In this document: in pieces, positions 25,348 to 36,700 of the stretch
Position numbering within the stretch: the stretch's first letter is position 1
Layout: each line of letters starts with the position of its first letter
Assembly (NCBI GenBank): GCA_025558095.1
Contig: JAIVFI010000020.1
Coordinates: 558,001 to 622,000, forward strand
Length of the DNA stretch: 64,000 bases
Source of the DNA: Hyaloraphidium curvatum SAG 235-1
Lineage: Eukaryota > Fungi > Monoblepharomycota
Reading direction: 5' to 3'
Notes under the pieces: generated by a model
Told to the model about the DNA's origin: nothing
Databases searched by the model: none
What the model saw: only the letters and a program-made list of their open reading frames with translations
Translations under genes and position numbers: made by a program

Positions 25348-26278
25348 TCATCCTTTCTCAGAAGCCGAAAGCCGTTCTAGGAATCGCAGCCGTTTGCGAC
25401 GCAGCTCCTCCAGATCCGGCGTCTCCGATTGTGGCGCTCTACTGGGCACCTCAACCGCAACGCCCTCCACCTCAAAGGCCCCCTTCCTCTTCAGTTCATG
25501 TCCTTTGCCTGCATACCACAAGGCCTCGTTTGCCCCGAATCTGAGGCCCTCCATGCGCTTCACCTCCCTCCAAAGTTCCTCTGCCCTTGCCATTTCGACC
25601 TCGCCGCCCTTTGCCGGCCACCTGCTCTGGGCCTTCAGCCTCGCGGTCTCACCCGTCTTTGTGAGTACAAAGTCGCTAAAGTCCTTGTGCGTCCTGTAGA
25701 TGAGTCCGAGGCGCCATTCGTAACGGGAATGCGGCGGGATCAGCGGGCGGATGCCATGCTTCCATTCGTGCCGGGAGGCGCCCGAAAGGACGTAGATGCT
25801 TCTCGGTGGGATCTGCTCTTCTTTGTTAGCTCCAGATCTGCCATCAGAGCACGCTGCAGCACCCACCGGGACCTCGACGCACCATGCAGCCTGGCCTCGG
25901 AACGCCCTTGCCACCTTGAACCCCGCGTGCACCTCCTCCTCCGAAAGCACCGGCTTGATAATGCGCCCAGAGTCCTCCCTGACGAAGTACATGGTGCAGG
26001 GGAGCCCCAAGCTCAGCGTCGTGATGGTCTCGCCCCACCGCCACGGGCGCCTCGTCCTTCACCGGCCTGTGCGCCGCAGCCCAGAGCTGCTGCATCCCCG
26101 CTGCCGCGTTCCAGTTGGTCTGCACAGGCGGCAGGAAGTTTTGCGTGGACGGGGCGTCGGCCGCCCTGACAGTGACGGAAGGCGTGAAGCGGACCTGCGA
26201 CGTCACGACGGGCCAGATGGACAGCGGGACCGGCACGTGCTCCCAACCAACCAAGGGTGTTTTCGCAGGCTGCTGCAT
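25348..26278 (-). CDS. AlkB-like 2OG-Fe(II) dioxygenase domain protein; 5' exons unclear, possibly degenerate
   Basis: RWGETITTLSLGLPCTMYF...IPPRSIYVLSGASRHEWKHGIRP...WRLGLIYRT; the HxD metal ligands could not be placed in frame. Confidence 0.55.
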
Positions 26279-26558
26279 GCCGCCGTCTTGATCGCGCGTC
26301 CGTTGAATATCACCTGGGTGTCGCGCTCCGGACGCGTGGTTGACTTTGCCCCTACCTCGGAGGCGGCGTTTTTGACAGTTCGGGGAGCCTGCTTGAAAGC
26401 GGAAGAGAGCTTTGGAGGAGTAGTTGATGGGGTTTCTCGGATTGATGTTTAGGACGTGTTAGTAACGCCCAAGGAACTCGTCTGTGACATCGCCGTCAAG
26501 CCGGATGGACCTTCTTCGATCCCCGGAGCTAAAGGGCGGGGTGCGCTGCCTATTTCAC

Positions 26559-27168
26559 ATGAAAACGTCCGGGATTTCATCCAGCATCGCTGTGATCACC
26601 CTCCCGCGCTTGCGCAGTCTGCCTGGAGCCGGCGTCAAGGCGGCCCTGCGGATCCCCCCGCGCGGGGCGCAGAACATAAGTGCTTGGACCATTCAGGGAC
26701 AACGACTCCCATTCCAGTGCCCTTGATTCGACATATCGCGGTTGAGTGTCCGCTTCTGCGGGGTGTGTCCCAATTTGGGGGCCGAGAACTCCGCCCGCCT
26801 GCGGTCGAGGCGCTGCGCCCCTGGTCAGGGTCCGGTCAAGAAGGGACACACAAGGACACCTTCCGCCCGCCCCAGCAGAGCTTCCCGCCGGCCGCTGCGA
26901 CCGCCAGCCCATCGGTGCTCCTCCCGCAGCAACGACAACCCTCCCCGGCGCCGGCCACCGCCCTCCGCCGCCGCCATGGCCCGCCGCGCCGCCGCTGCCG
27001 CCGTGCTCGGCCTCGCCCTCCTCACCGGAACCGCCGACGCCCAGAACAACGAGTATTCCCCATGGGTGCCGAATTTGCCCGCAGGCTACGTCATGCAGGT
27101 GCGCCCGAGTCCCCCGGCCGGCTTTGTCGCTGCCGCAGCGTCCCTGATCCCCCATCGCCCGTCATCAC
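26559..27168 (+). repeat. ~610 bp diverged duplicate of 47202-47817 (upstream region + exon 1 + intron 1 of the secreted-protein gene)
   Basis: Shared GGGTGTGTCCCAATTTGGGG.CCGAGAACTCCGCCCGCCTGCGG, CAAGAAGGGACAC and near-identical exon 1; similarity stops at ...GTCATCACCA. Confidence 0.9.
26976..27098 (+). pseudogene. orphaned exon 1 (signal peptide) of a paralog of the 47620-49397 gene
   Basis: MARRAAAAAVLGLALLTGTADAQNNEYSPWVPNLPAGYVMQ|gtgcgc; no homologous exon 2 follows. Confidence 0.8.
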
Positions 27169-27298
27169 CACAGCATGGCGATATGCATTCAGTATCATTG
27201 CGGAAAAGATCATTGTACATCGAACCTGCTCGGGCGAGTGGGACGTCAATGAATGTCGGAGAAAGCACCATTCAGACCAACCATGCCATTGTCAAAGA

Positions 27299-28895
27299 TC
27301 ACTCGAGATCCTCCTCGTCCTCGCTCCCGAGCTCACCCTTCGAACTGGAGCTCCATCTCCTCCTCGTCCTCTTCCTCGTCCATCTCGTCGTTGACCTCCT
27401 CGTCCCCCTCGTCCGCGTCGTCCACCCGCCGGCGCTTGCGGGGCGCGGGGCGCCTGGCGACCTTCTCCTCCTCGTCGTCGTCGTCCTCGGCGGCCGACCG
27501 CATCCCCACATCGTGGTCCGAGTCCACCGCATCGCTGTCGTTGCCCTGCTGAGGAAAGGCACGGCGAGGTCAGACGCGCTCTTCAAATCGTCCCCTGTCG
27601 GCGCACCTCGTAGGCCAACTTCAGCTCCTTGACGGTCTTCGCGAGCTCCTTCTTCTCCTCCTTCGAAAGCTCTGGAAGTTTGCACGTCACTCGTGAGATC
27701 TGGGCGAATGCACGTCGATCAGCGGGCTTACGCTTCCACTCCGCGTCGAGCTGTTGCATCATCCTCTTCCTGTCCTGGAAGAGGGCAGGATCCTTGTCTT
27801 CAATCTCCGCCATTCGTTGCTGCCGGAAGAAGACGTCGGCCCGCGTGGGCGGCCCGTCCGCAGCCTTCTTCTTCCGACCGCCGGCGGCCTTGCGGGCGGC
27901 AGGCGCCGACGCCTGGCGCTCCGGCGCCTGCTCGATGAAACGGATGCCCTTGGCGCTCACCGCGCGGCCGGCCGGGTCGAGCAGGTCGAAAGTGCTGGCG
28001 TCGGGGTCGGCACGGGGGCCACGCGGGCGGGGGGCGAAGGGGCCGACGGAGGGAGAGGCCGACGACGACGCCACTGCCGTCGACGACGACGAGGAGCCGC
28101 TGGCGTCGGGGTTGCGGCGCGTGTTGCGGGAGGGGGCTTCCTTGCCCTTGCCAGCCGGAGGCGTCGACTGACGCATCGGCGCGCGCTTGGGCCTATCCAA
28201 CTCCTCGTCGCACTCGTCTTCGTCCGAGTCCGTGTCGCGCGGGACGGCCTTGTTCGCCTTCGACGAGTTGTTGGCTGTCTCCTTCTGCTGCTGCTCGAGC
28301 AGCTTCTTGACGTGCGTTTTGGCGACGTTGACAGCGGTTTCGGCCTGCCCCTGCGGCGTACGCGTCGAAGCAGGGCAGGGAATAGATCCGCACAAACGCA
28401 CCAGGTTGTTCTTGAGCAGCTTGCCTTCGTTGAGCCTCTGGAAGATCGCCGTCAGCTCCTTCTTCAGGATGTCCTAAGCGGCGGTGCGTCAGCATGCAGT
28501 CCGCCAGCTCCAGCGCCAACACGTACCCGCTTAGCGGGCTTGACGCCGTACTCTCCGTAGTACGCATCGGCCTTGTTCACGGCTTGCCCGACGCTCTTCC
28601 CCCCCCACCACTCCAACACCTTGTCCTTCATGATGACGCGGCTTAAGTCCTCCACGGTTTCCGCGTCCAGCTTGTTCCTGTCCACTCCACAGCGGTCGCA
28701 CAGGAACTCGAGCGCGCTCCCCTCCGGCAGAGGGTCCTCGAAGGCGGCGAGCGCGAGGCGCGCCTCCTCGCGCTTCGCTCTCCTCTCGTTCAGCGCGTCC
28801 GCGGCTGCCTCCAGCTCCGCCTCGCGCCGCTCCTGCTCAGCTTCGACCTTCTTCTGCTTCGCCGACGCGGCATCGGCCGCCTTCTTGGGCGCCAT
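27299..28895 (-). CDS. HMG-box protein with basic and acidic low-complexity regions, ~5 exons
   Basis: Spliced RKKKAADGPPTRADVFFRQQRMAEIEDKDPALFQDRKRMMQQLDAEWK|ELSKEEKKELAKTVKELKLAYE fits the HMG-box pattern; NLS-like PRKRRR; acidic tail. Stop is at 27333, or 27299 if a 1-nt frameshift is allowed. Confidence 0.7.
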
Positions 28896-31654
28896 GGTTG
28901 TGGGCGTTCCACGGTGCACCGATGATTAGGTGTTCCGGCGGAGGCCGCGCAGAAGCCCAATGCCCCCATCCCGCAGAAAACGATCCCACTTAACATTGCA
29001 AGAGAGCGAATGGGCAAGCACGGAATGAATTCTCGTCATCTGGATCAGAGAGCTGGGCGAATTCGCCGGCACAGAGATGCGCTCTCCACTGTTCCTCCCT
29101 CCCCCATCGCGTTCGCCACCCGGTCGAACGGGGCTGGGATAAAGAAGGCAAGCTTGTCATGTGCTCACACCTTCATGGGCAGCCTCCGGCGCGCGATGGC
29201 ATCGGGGTTGGTCGGACCAGCCAAAGGTCCACCGTTGCACGACGCCGGCGCCAGATCCCGGGCGCTCCTGAAGCTATTCGGCGCGAAGTTCATCGCGGCC
29301 TGTGCCACCCGGGCATGGCGACATGGCGAGGCCAGAGGTTCCGAAGGTGATGCTGGTGGTTGGGCCCTGGATTCGTCGCGGACCCTTGGGGGCCAATATC
29401 GTCTCGAGACCGTAGACGGTATCTGTAGCTGATGTTGATGATTTTGAGCCGATGCCTAATGCTCTCTATTGCAAAGGATGCTGGAGTGTCAATCCGACAA
29501 CGAGAGGTCAGATGAACCGTCTCCCTCGCAGACCCTCTGACTCGCAGGTTAGCAGGCAATCTGATGCCGCGCTGCGGAAACCACATTTGCTCAAAAACAG
29601 CCGTTCAGAAGCAGCAACGGCGGGATGCCGCCGCAACGCGGTTGTTTCGAGCCAGGGAGCCATGCGCCGGCATCGCAACCGACCGGTGGGCCGAGGAAAG
29701 GCAATCCTTGCGCAAAGGGCCACGAGAAAGAATGACGTTTAGCAGCGTGGAGCAAACGAGCAAATTTGCGGTGCGCCGCACGACAGGGGCTTAACAAGAC
29801 TCGGCGCGGGAGCAGGTTTGGCAGAGCCCGACCTCGAACGTGACGACGCTGCCGGCTGAATGAGAGCCAGGCGTCCCGCGCGAACACAGAAGGCCGGAGA
29901 CGACGTGTATAGGCGCGAGAGAAGGGAATTGGGAGGATCCGCGGACCGTGGTCTCCTCATGTGCGGGTTGACGGCGCCAGTCGCGGGACATCGGCATCAA
30001 GCGGGAACCAAGAGACATCGCGCTAGCTCCAGAGCCCCATCAAACACCCGGCACTCGGGAAGATGATCCACCTCGAGCCACATGGCCGTGACAGCGCCGG
30101 TGCGGTCGGCAACGATGGTGCGGTGAGCCGAGCGGGATCATCCTGGCCCTTGCTGGGGCCCAGAGGCCGCGTACGCGACGCGGATCGATGCAGACTGATC
30201 GCATCGGAAGAAGTAGCCCGGCTCCGCGGCATCGCCGGCGGCATAGCGCGACGGGGGAGCGAGAAACCGGCGGCCAATTGAGAAGTTCGTCGGATCGGTT
30301 CGGAGCGCAAACAAAGCGACGCTTCGCTCCGAGCCGAAATCAAAAAACTTCCTAGTAAACCGTCGCAAATCCCGATCCACAGCCCCAGGTGAGCTAGGAG
30401 GGGACCCAATCCGCCCAAAATCTTGGGGAAGACAGTCAGCGCCATCATATCCTGCGGGAGAACGGCGCCGAGCTCGAAGGCGTCGCCGTCAGAGAGGCCA
30501 GATCGAAGGCACGTTTCGCTCCAGCACCTCCTGGCCACAAACACTCGACAGTTCAACCCCGGCAGCTTTCGTGGGAAACAATCATCGCTAGAATGGTAGA
30601 GTTGCCCACGTTGTGCGGCTGGAGGCCTGATGGATCGCTCCCAACGCGGCACCCCGGCTACGTCCGAAAACGGGATCGCTTCGCACACTTGAATGCGCGC
30701 ACGTCCCGACACTTGATACCCACGTATGTGAAGAGCGTATCGGCTGCTTGCTTGGCGCGCCTTTGCTTTGCCATCGGGGCCGCCGTTGGGGAGACTCGAG
30801 CTCCGCACGGCTAGGAATGCCCCAATTGCTGACGTAGATGTGGTGGCTGTAGAGACCTAGAACCGAATGCAACCGCTTTGGATACGTTTTTTCCTGTTGA
30901 CGAGGAAGTTCCGTGGCCTCTGAGCGTGCATTGATCCGGCAATATGTGTAATTGGTGCGAGTGATTATCTAGGCGCATCCATACGGGGGCCAGCTGATGC
31001 GCCGCCCGAGCCCGGAGCATGGTCAGAGCACATTTAACGGACTTATGCAGCGCGAGATGTCCGAGATCTCGAACTCTCTCGCCGCCTGGCGAGACCCGCG
31101 CGGGCGGACCCTGCTGTTTATCGACACGCGCGTTCCAAGGAGCCGCCAGTTCATCCGTCCATCCTTTCATCCTCGAAGCTTCAGAGAATCTTGGTTCTCT
31201 ACGCAGGCATGCCGTCCTATGCGGATTCCGGGTGGCAACTTCGAGGCTTCCCGCGCCAGCCGCCGCTCTACGCGCGGAATCCGGACACCCCGTTCGTCTC
31301 CCCCCATCTCTGCGTGAACGTCGGCCGTGAGTACGCGCCATGGGCGCCCTGCGGTGGCGGAGCCCCTATCGCCGCCATTTCTCCGCGCCCGCGACGGGCT
31401 CGGACGCGCGTTTTCGCCGTTCCGCCCGCGCAGTCGGTCGGCGCGTCGTTCGCCGGCTCCGGCGCGAGAGCGCCCTTCTTCCTCCAAGGTACTCGACGCT
31501 AACGCGGCCCATCATTCGCAGGCGTCGTGCTCGGCATCACTGCTGGGGCGCAGCCCCGGCCGACACCTTCTCGCTCCGCCGCCCCCTGCCACGTCGGTCG
31601 GGTGGGCGGCTTGGAAAGGACGCCGCTTCCCGGTCTTTGGACAACGACAGCAAC

Positions 31655-34600
31655 ATGTCGACACCAAACAAGAACCGCGGGTCCTGGGGCTACGCGGCGG
31701 GCCACCCGCTGGGTGACATTACCAGCAACCTCAACCGCGAGACCTTCGGCCCCCGGCGGCAAGACCGGCGCGCCGTCTCCGGCGTGTGCGGGATGCTCGT
31801 CCATGTCACCTCGGACGCCCGGATGCGGGCCATGGATCTTCTGTATTCCTTCTTCCGGTACGAGACGAACCGGCTCGCCGCGCTGCCCGAGTTTGGGCTT
31901 CTGCGGTGGGACGGCCAAGACTACGTACCTCGGGGTTCGTTCGCCTTCCGATCTTCTCTACCTGCGTCGCTGATCTTTTCTCCTTTGCTCCTCCCGCGCA
32001 GACTGGATGGCCTTTACCGGCCTGCCCGACGAGCGCCCCGCGACGCCCATCGACACCTGGGCGTACAACGTCCTGATGAACGATCCGACAGCCATGTTGG
32101 ATTGGAACACAGACTACAACATCCTCGCCGCGACCGGTTGGTTCCCCGGCGCTCCGCTGTCGTTGCTCTGCCTAATTGCATGTTTCACAGTCGACGACCC
32201 GCTGAAGCCGCCGCACCACGTCAACGTCGGCAGCTCGTTCCGCGTGCTCGACCACGGGGAGCTGTTTTTCGAGGCGCTCATGATGTGCCACCGAGGCGCG
32301 CCAAGTGGGTGCCGACCTTGTCCGCAAGCCTTCACTGCTGACAACATCCGCAGGGGTCCCAGTCGAGACCGGCATCGGACGTTCTGCTCCCGGATGGCGA
32401 GCACCGTGGATCCGGCCTCTGGAGCGCTACTACCAGCGCATCTGGGTCCCTGGTGCTTGTGTCAATCCATGTGGGCTATTCAACGTCGCTATCTCGCGTC
32501 GCTAATCCCTACTTCTCCTCAGCGTGGCCGGCCAACCAACAGTTCCCGGACCCTGCGCCGACGGTGCTCATGGAGGGCAGGGCCGGCGCCGATGGCCAGA
32601 TGCGGCCAGAGTGGACGGACCCACTGCCCGTCCCAGAGCAAAAGTTCCCCTTTCTTCCGTGCAAGGAGGTCTACAAGCCCATGTCGGTGGAGATGGCCAA
32701 GGGTGGGCTGCTGCGGAGCCGACGCATGCCTCGTTCGTTCTGATTGTGCCGCCGCAGACGCCCGCAACGACTTCGCCGCCAACTTCGAGTCGTGGATGTA
32801 CCGGTGCTTTTTCGCGCTGCTCAAGGATCACGCCGATACGACGCACATCCCGCTTGCGCAGCGCATTCGCATGGGTACGCCTCGTTCGTCACTGTTTGCC
32901 GCCAGCAGCTCACTGACCCATCCCGGCCCGTCTCACCAGCCGAACGGCTGACCCTCGGGAACAGGCCCAAGGCCGTCAAGGGCAAGCAGTTTGCCTTTGC
33001 CTGCCCCTCCATGTGGCGCTTCTACTTTGAGGGTGTGACCGTCAACGCGGACGGCCCCGGTTTCCCCAACGTCCGCCGACGCATCGCCGGCTGGTTTCTG
33101 TGGGTCTCTCCGCTGGCCGCACATGGTCGACTGAACGCGCTGATCCCCTTGCTGCCTTGCAGCCGGTTCCGTTACTACCTCACCTTCGTCCTCGAAGGCA
33201 CCACCGTCGCGCCGTGGGACTCTACGGTGGAGCCTACCGTAGAGACGCTCAAGAACTGGCAGACGGCCGGCGACTGGAGCTACGTGATTCGCAAGTTCCC
33301 CGAGGCGGCGTCCAAGCTTCGCACGCTCGTCAAGTAGGTCTCCTCTGCCCACGTCGGCGGTTTCGCGGCTCATGACCGACGACTTGACCAGCTTCATGTC
33401 GTACATCGTCCCCGTCGAGTACGAGTCCGCCGAACACCCGGAATGGGTCAAGCCCAAGGCGCCGCTTCGCCTCCTCAACCTTTCCGCCAAGCGGGAGCCG
33501 TGTAGGTGTCGAGCGTCGCCGTCGCTTTGCGCCCTTCCCGCTCAATGCGCCGGCAGACGAAGTCGTCTTCGACGGCAAGATCTCGGCCCGGCTCCTGGTC
33601 CACCTCAACCGCAACGACCTCCAGGACGACGACCCCAACAACCCCATCCTGCCGGTCGGCTTCCTCTCCCCCCTCGTGCCCCGCTATGTCGATCTCCACG
33701 CGGCGCGCACGCAGTTCTCCGAGGCCCTCATCTTCAACGCCGGCAACGCCGCCCAGCGCAAGATGATGGAAAACAGGCTGCTGGACCTTTTCTTCTCCGC
33801 TAAACGCAGCCGCGCCGTGCGCATCGAGGTGCGCGACGAGCCGCAGTTCACTTTGCAGCAGTGCATCCGCAAGCCGATGGTCATGACCTACAACAAGGGC
33901 AACGAGGCCCGCGGAGGTGAGCGCCTCGGCGGCTTTGGCGAGCTCGAGGTCTGCTCACGCGCACATCGACCAGGTCGTCCAATTCCGGTGACCTTTTGGC
34001 GGTTCAGTACCGACAGCAAGCACTCGCACATCATGGCCTTCCTGCGGACCAAGAATGTGCTCAAGAAGACGGATCCTCACTACCGACGTGAGCCTGGTCG
34101 TTGATTGGGCCGAGGAAGGCCATGCTGACGCCCCACTTCGAAGGCCGCTTCGCGTACACCATCGCCGAGTTCTACAAGAAGCGACGCAAGCCGCTGTACC
34201 CGTGGCCGACGCCGCCGGCACAGGCCACCGAGGGGCAGATGATCAACTTTTACAGCTGTCCTGGAACGCCGGCGACGACGTGGGTGCTCGGCCTGGACTG
34301 CAAGATCCTCGGCAACGACTTTGGTGGGTGTGCTCCGTTGGACGGGACGAGAGTGCTCTGACGGACCTTTCCAGGGGAGAAAAATGCGATCCAGGAGGTC
34401 GACATGGACTTGTTCTACCGGCAGCAGCCCGCGCCCGTCGACCCAACCAACGTCGTCGCCGTCAGGAACGCCAAGCGGCAGCGAGACTCTTACATCCGCA
34501 CGCTCCCGGGCCGTCTCATGTAGTGAGGATCCCGACGACGCTCTCGGTTCGGCACTGGAGCTGACTTCGACTTCCTCCTTCCCAGCCACCTCACAGGCCA

Positions 34601-36118
34601 GGCGCGATTCAACCACCTCGAGAACAAGGTCGCTCGGGCGGCGCACAACCCGCCCCCGGGTCAGCTCCCCGTCAGCCGTGGGTTTCTCGACCTCGTTGTT
34701 GCTCATTTCCCCCGCTGACCGTCCTCCCGATCGCTCAGAGGCGATCGAGATGCTCAAGGGCCTCAAGCGCCAGTTCCTCCAGCAGCCCGACCCGCGCGAG
34801 ATGTTCTTCTACCAGACCATCAAATACAGGGTGCAGGCCTCGTGGGTTTCGACCGCCTGTCGCCGGGCCTCCCCAACGCAGCTCACCGTCGCGCCTTGCC
34901 AGCATCCGCGACTTCTTCTACTCGAAGCTCCACATGCAGCGCGTTTACGAGCTCAAGGTCGACAAGCTCCGCGCGGCGCAGCTCACGGCGGTGTGGAAGA
35001 GGGGAGTAATGGTGGGTTCCAGCAGCTCCCTCGCTGCCTCTGCAGTCCCTCACTGCCGCCCCTCTGCAGTACCCCAACGCTTACCGCGCGGCCCGCGACA
35101 ACGTTGGTGAGCCCCGTGAGCTCGACGAGCCCGAGCTCTTCCACCTCCGCACCGTGCCCAAGATGCGGCGGCAGAAGTACCGGCTGGTGTCGCAGCAGTT
35201 CGACCCGACCAAACGGGGCGTCGCCGACACACGCGATCCCGAGTATCGGCGTCCGATCAGCCCTTTCAGGGCCGCGCTGCACGTTTTTGACCTCCCCCGG
35301 TGGATGTGGAACGGGCCCGTTGCCCAGACAGGCCAATTCGTGGGTCGCACGTGCGCGAGGGCCGACGCCAACCCACGCTGAAGTCTCCGTCGCCGCAGAG
35401 CATCGTGCGCTGGATGGCATGCCAGGGCGCGACGGTGGGATTCGTGCCGGACCAGCGCACCTCGGACGCGTGCCTTCTGGACAACATTCGAACCGGGGGT
35501 CACGGGCACCGGCTGCGCGCGACCACGGTTTCAAAGACCAAGTGCCCGAGGGACCACGTGTGAGTTCGCCGCGCTCTCGTTCTTCCATGCCACGAGCTCA
35601 TGGGGGCGGTTTTGCGACAGGTTGGAGCGGCGGCGAGTCAAGGGGCACCACCGGCACCGCTACTTCTGCCTGACCTCGAACAGGTGGGCTTCGGAGTGCC
35701 CGGATCGCGACGTCGGTGGGTGCTTCCTCTCTGCGCGGCCTCGATTCCCGCTCACGAGGTCGATCGCGCAGACCACAACCACAAGACCCACCGGCTCAAG
35801 AGGTGCGATCGGCCCGCCGGCCCCGGCCACCAGCACCTTGTCGACCCGCCCGCCGGCCACGCCGGCAACATGCGGCGGTTCTTCTTCGAGCGAGACACGA
35901 TCGGTGGCGGCAACACCGGTTTCCGCGCCATCTTCCACTGCTTTAACCGCGGGGCAATCCCGCACTTTCAGCTGACCCCGGGCGCGCGGCGGTGGGGCAT
36001 CGGGCCGGCTCCGCCCGGGGCCTGGCCTGGGGATCCGCAGCCGTTCCCGCACCACCTCGCGGGCGGGGATGACTCGGATCAGGACGACGATGACGACGAT
36101 GCCGAGGGGATCGGGTAG
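31655..36118 (+). CDS. large orphan protein (~1,100 aa estimated, ~15-17 short introns) with His/Cys-rich C-terminus; start may lie upstream at 31340
   Basis: Coding-like exons chain in phase across GT(GGG/GAG/ACG/AGG)...CTRAC...YAG introns from MSTPNKNRGSWG to ...DDDDDDAEGIG*; no recognisable domain. Confidence 0.7.
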
Positions 36119-36261
36119 GGGTCCCCGCGGCTGGCGGCGTGGCGTGGGGTGTGCCGAGGGGCGTCCTCGGATTTTGGCGGCGGGACTTTGGGGAACCTAT
36201 GAGCGGGCGACGCTCTGGCTTTGGAGACCTTGCGTTCGGACTTAGACGTAGAGCTAGAGAC

Positions 36262-36333
36262 CCCGGCTTCAGGAGCCGGGTGCGCGCCGGTCCCGATCAC
36301 GGACACGATCGGGGCCGGTTGGCGCACACTTTT
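36262..36333 (+). other. two adjacent hairpins followed by ACTTTT
   Basis: CCCGGCT-tcagg-AGCCGGG (36262-36280); GTGCGC.GCCGGTCCCGATC-acggacac-GATCGGGGCCGGT.tg.GCGCAC (36280-36327) with two G.U pairs. Confidence 0.6.
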
Positions 36334-36439
36334 CAGGACCTCAGCTTCCCTCACTCGCAGGCCACATCGTTAGCGGGTTGGTCGTGACGTGTAGGGCGCG
36401 AAGTGCAGTAATTGCAGCAGGCCCATTTTCACCGAGGCA

Positions 36440-36700
36440 TTCGCACACACCCCTGGTGGACGGGCACCTACCAGGACGACCACCGCGAGAGCCCCCTGTG
36501 CTTTGCTTTATATGTTTGGGCTATCGAGCTCCGGCTCGGCCGGCCGCCTGCCGCGTACTTGCAGCTTGATCGTATCGATAACGATGGACACTACTTCATC
36601 ACGAACCTTCGCTTGGCCACGCCCTCGGTCAACAACCACAATCGGGAGAACTCGGCGACTCGACGGAACCCCCCGCTCCGCATCTTCCGCTGGCACCTCC
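36440..36700 (+). pseudogene. phage-type HNH endonuclease fragment
   Basis: LGRPPAAYLQLDRIDNDGHYFITNLRLATPSVNNHNREN matches the LDRIDNDGxY...N.R.AT...N..N HNH pattern; no clear ATG; runs into the antisense gag at ~36700. Confidence 0.7.

Noticed and set aside
21004-26278. Peroxidase-hydrolase-P450-dioxygenase run as a biosynthetic gene cluster
   Set aside because: No backbone synthase, transporter or cluster regulator; adjacency alone is insufficient.
28900-31340. Short ORFs in the island's central spacer
   Set aside because: No motifs, no consistent codon bias or exon chain; treated as non-coding or decayed.
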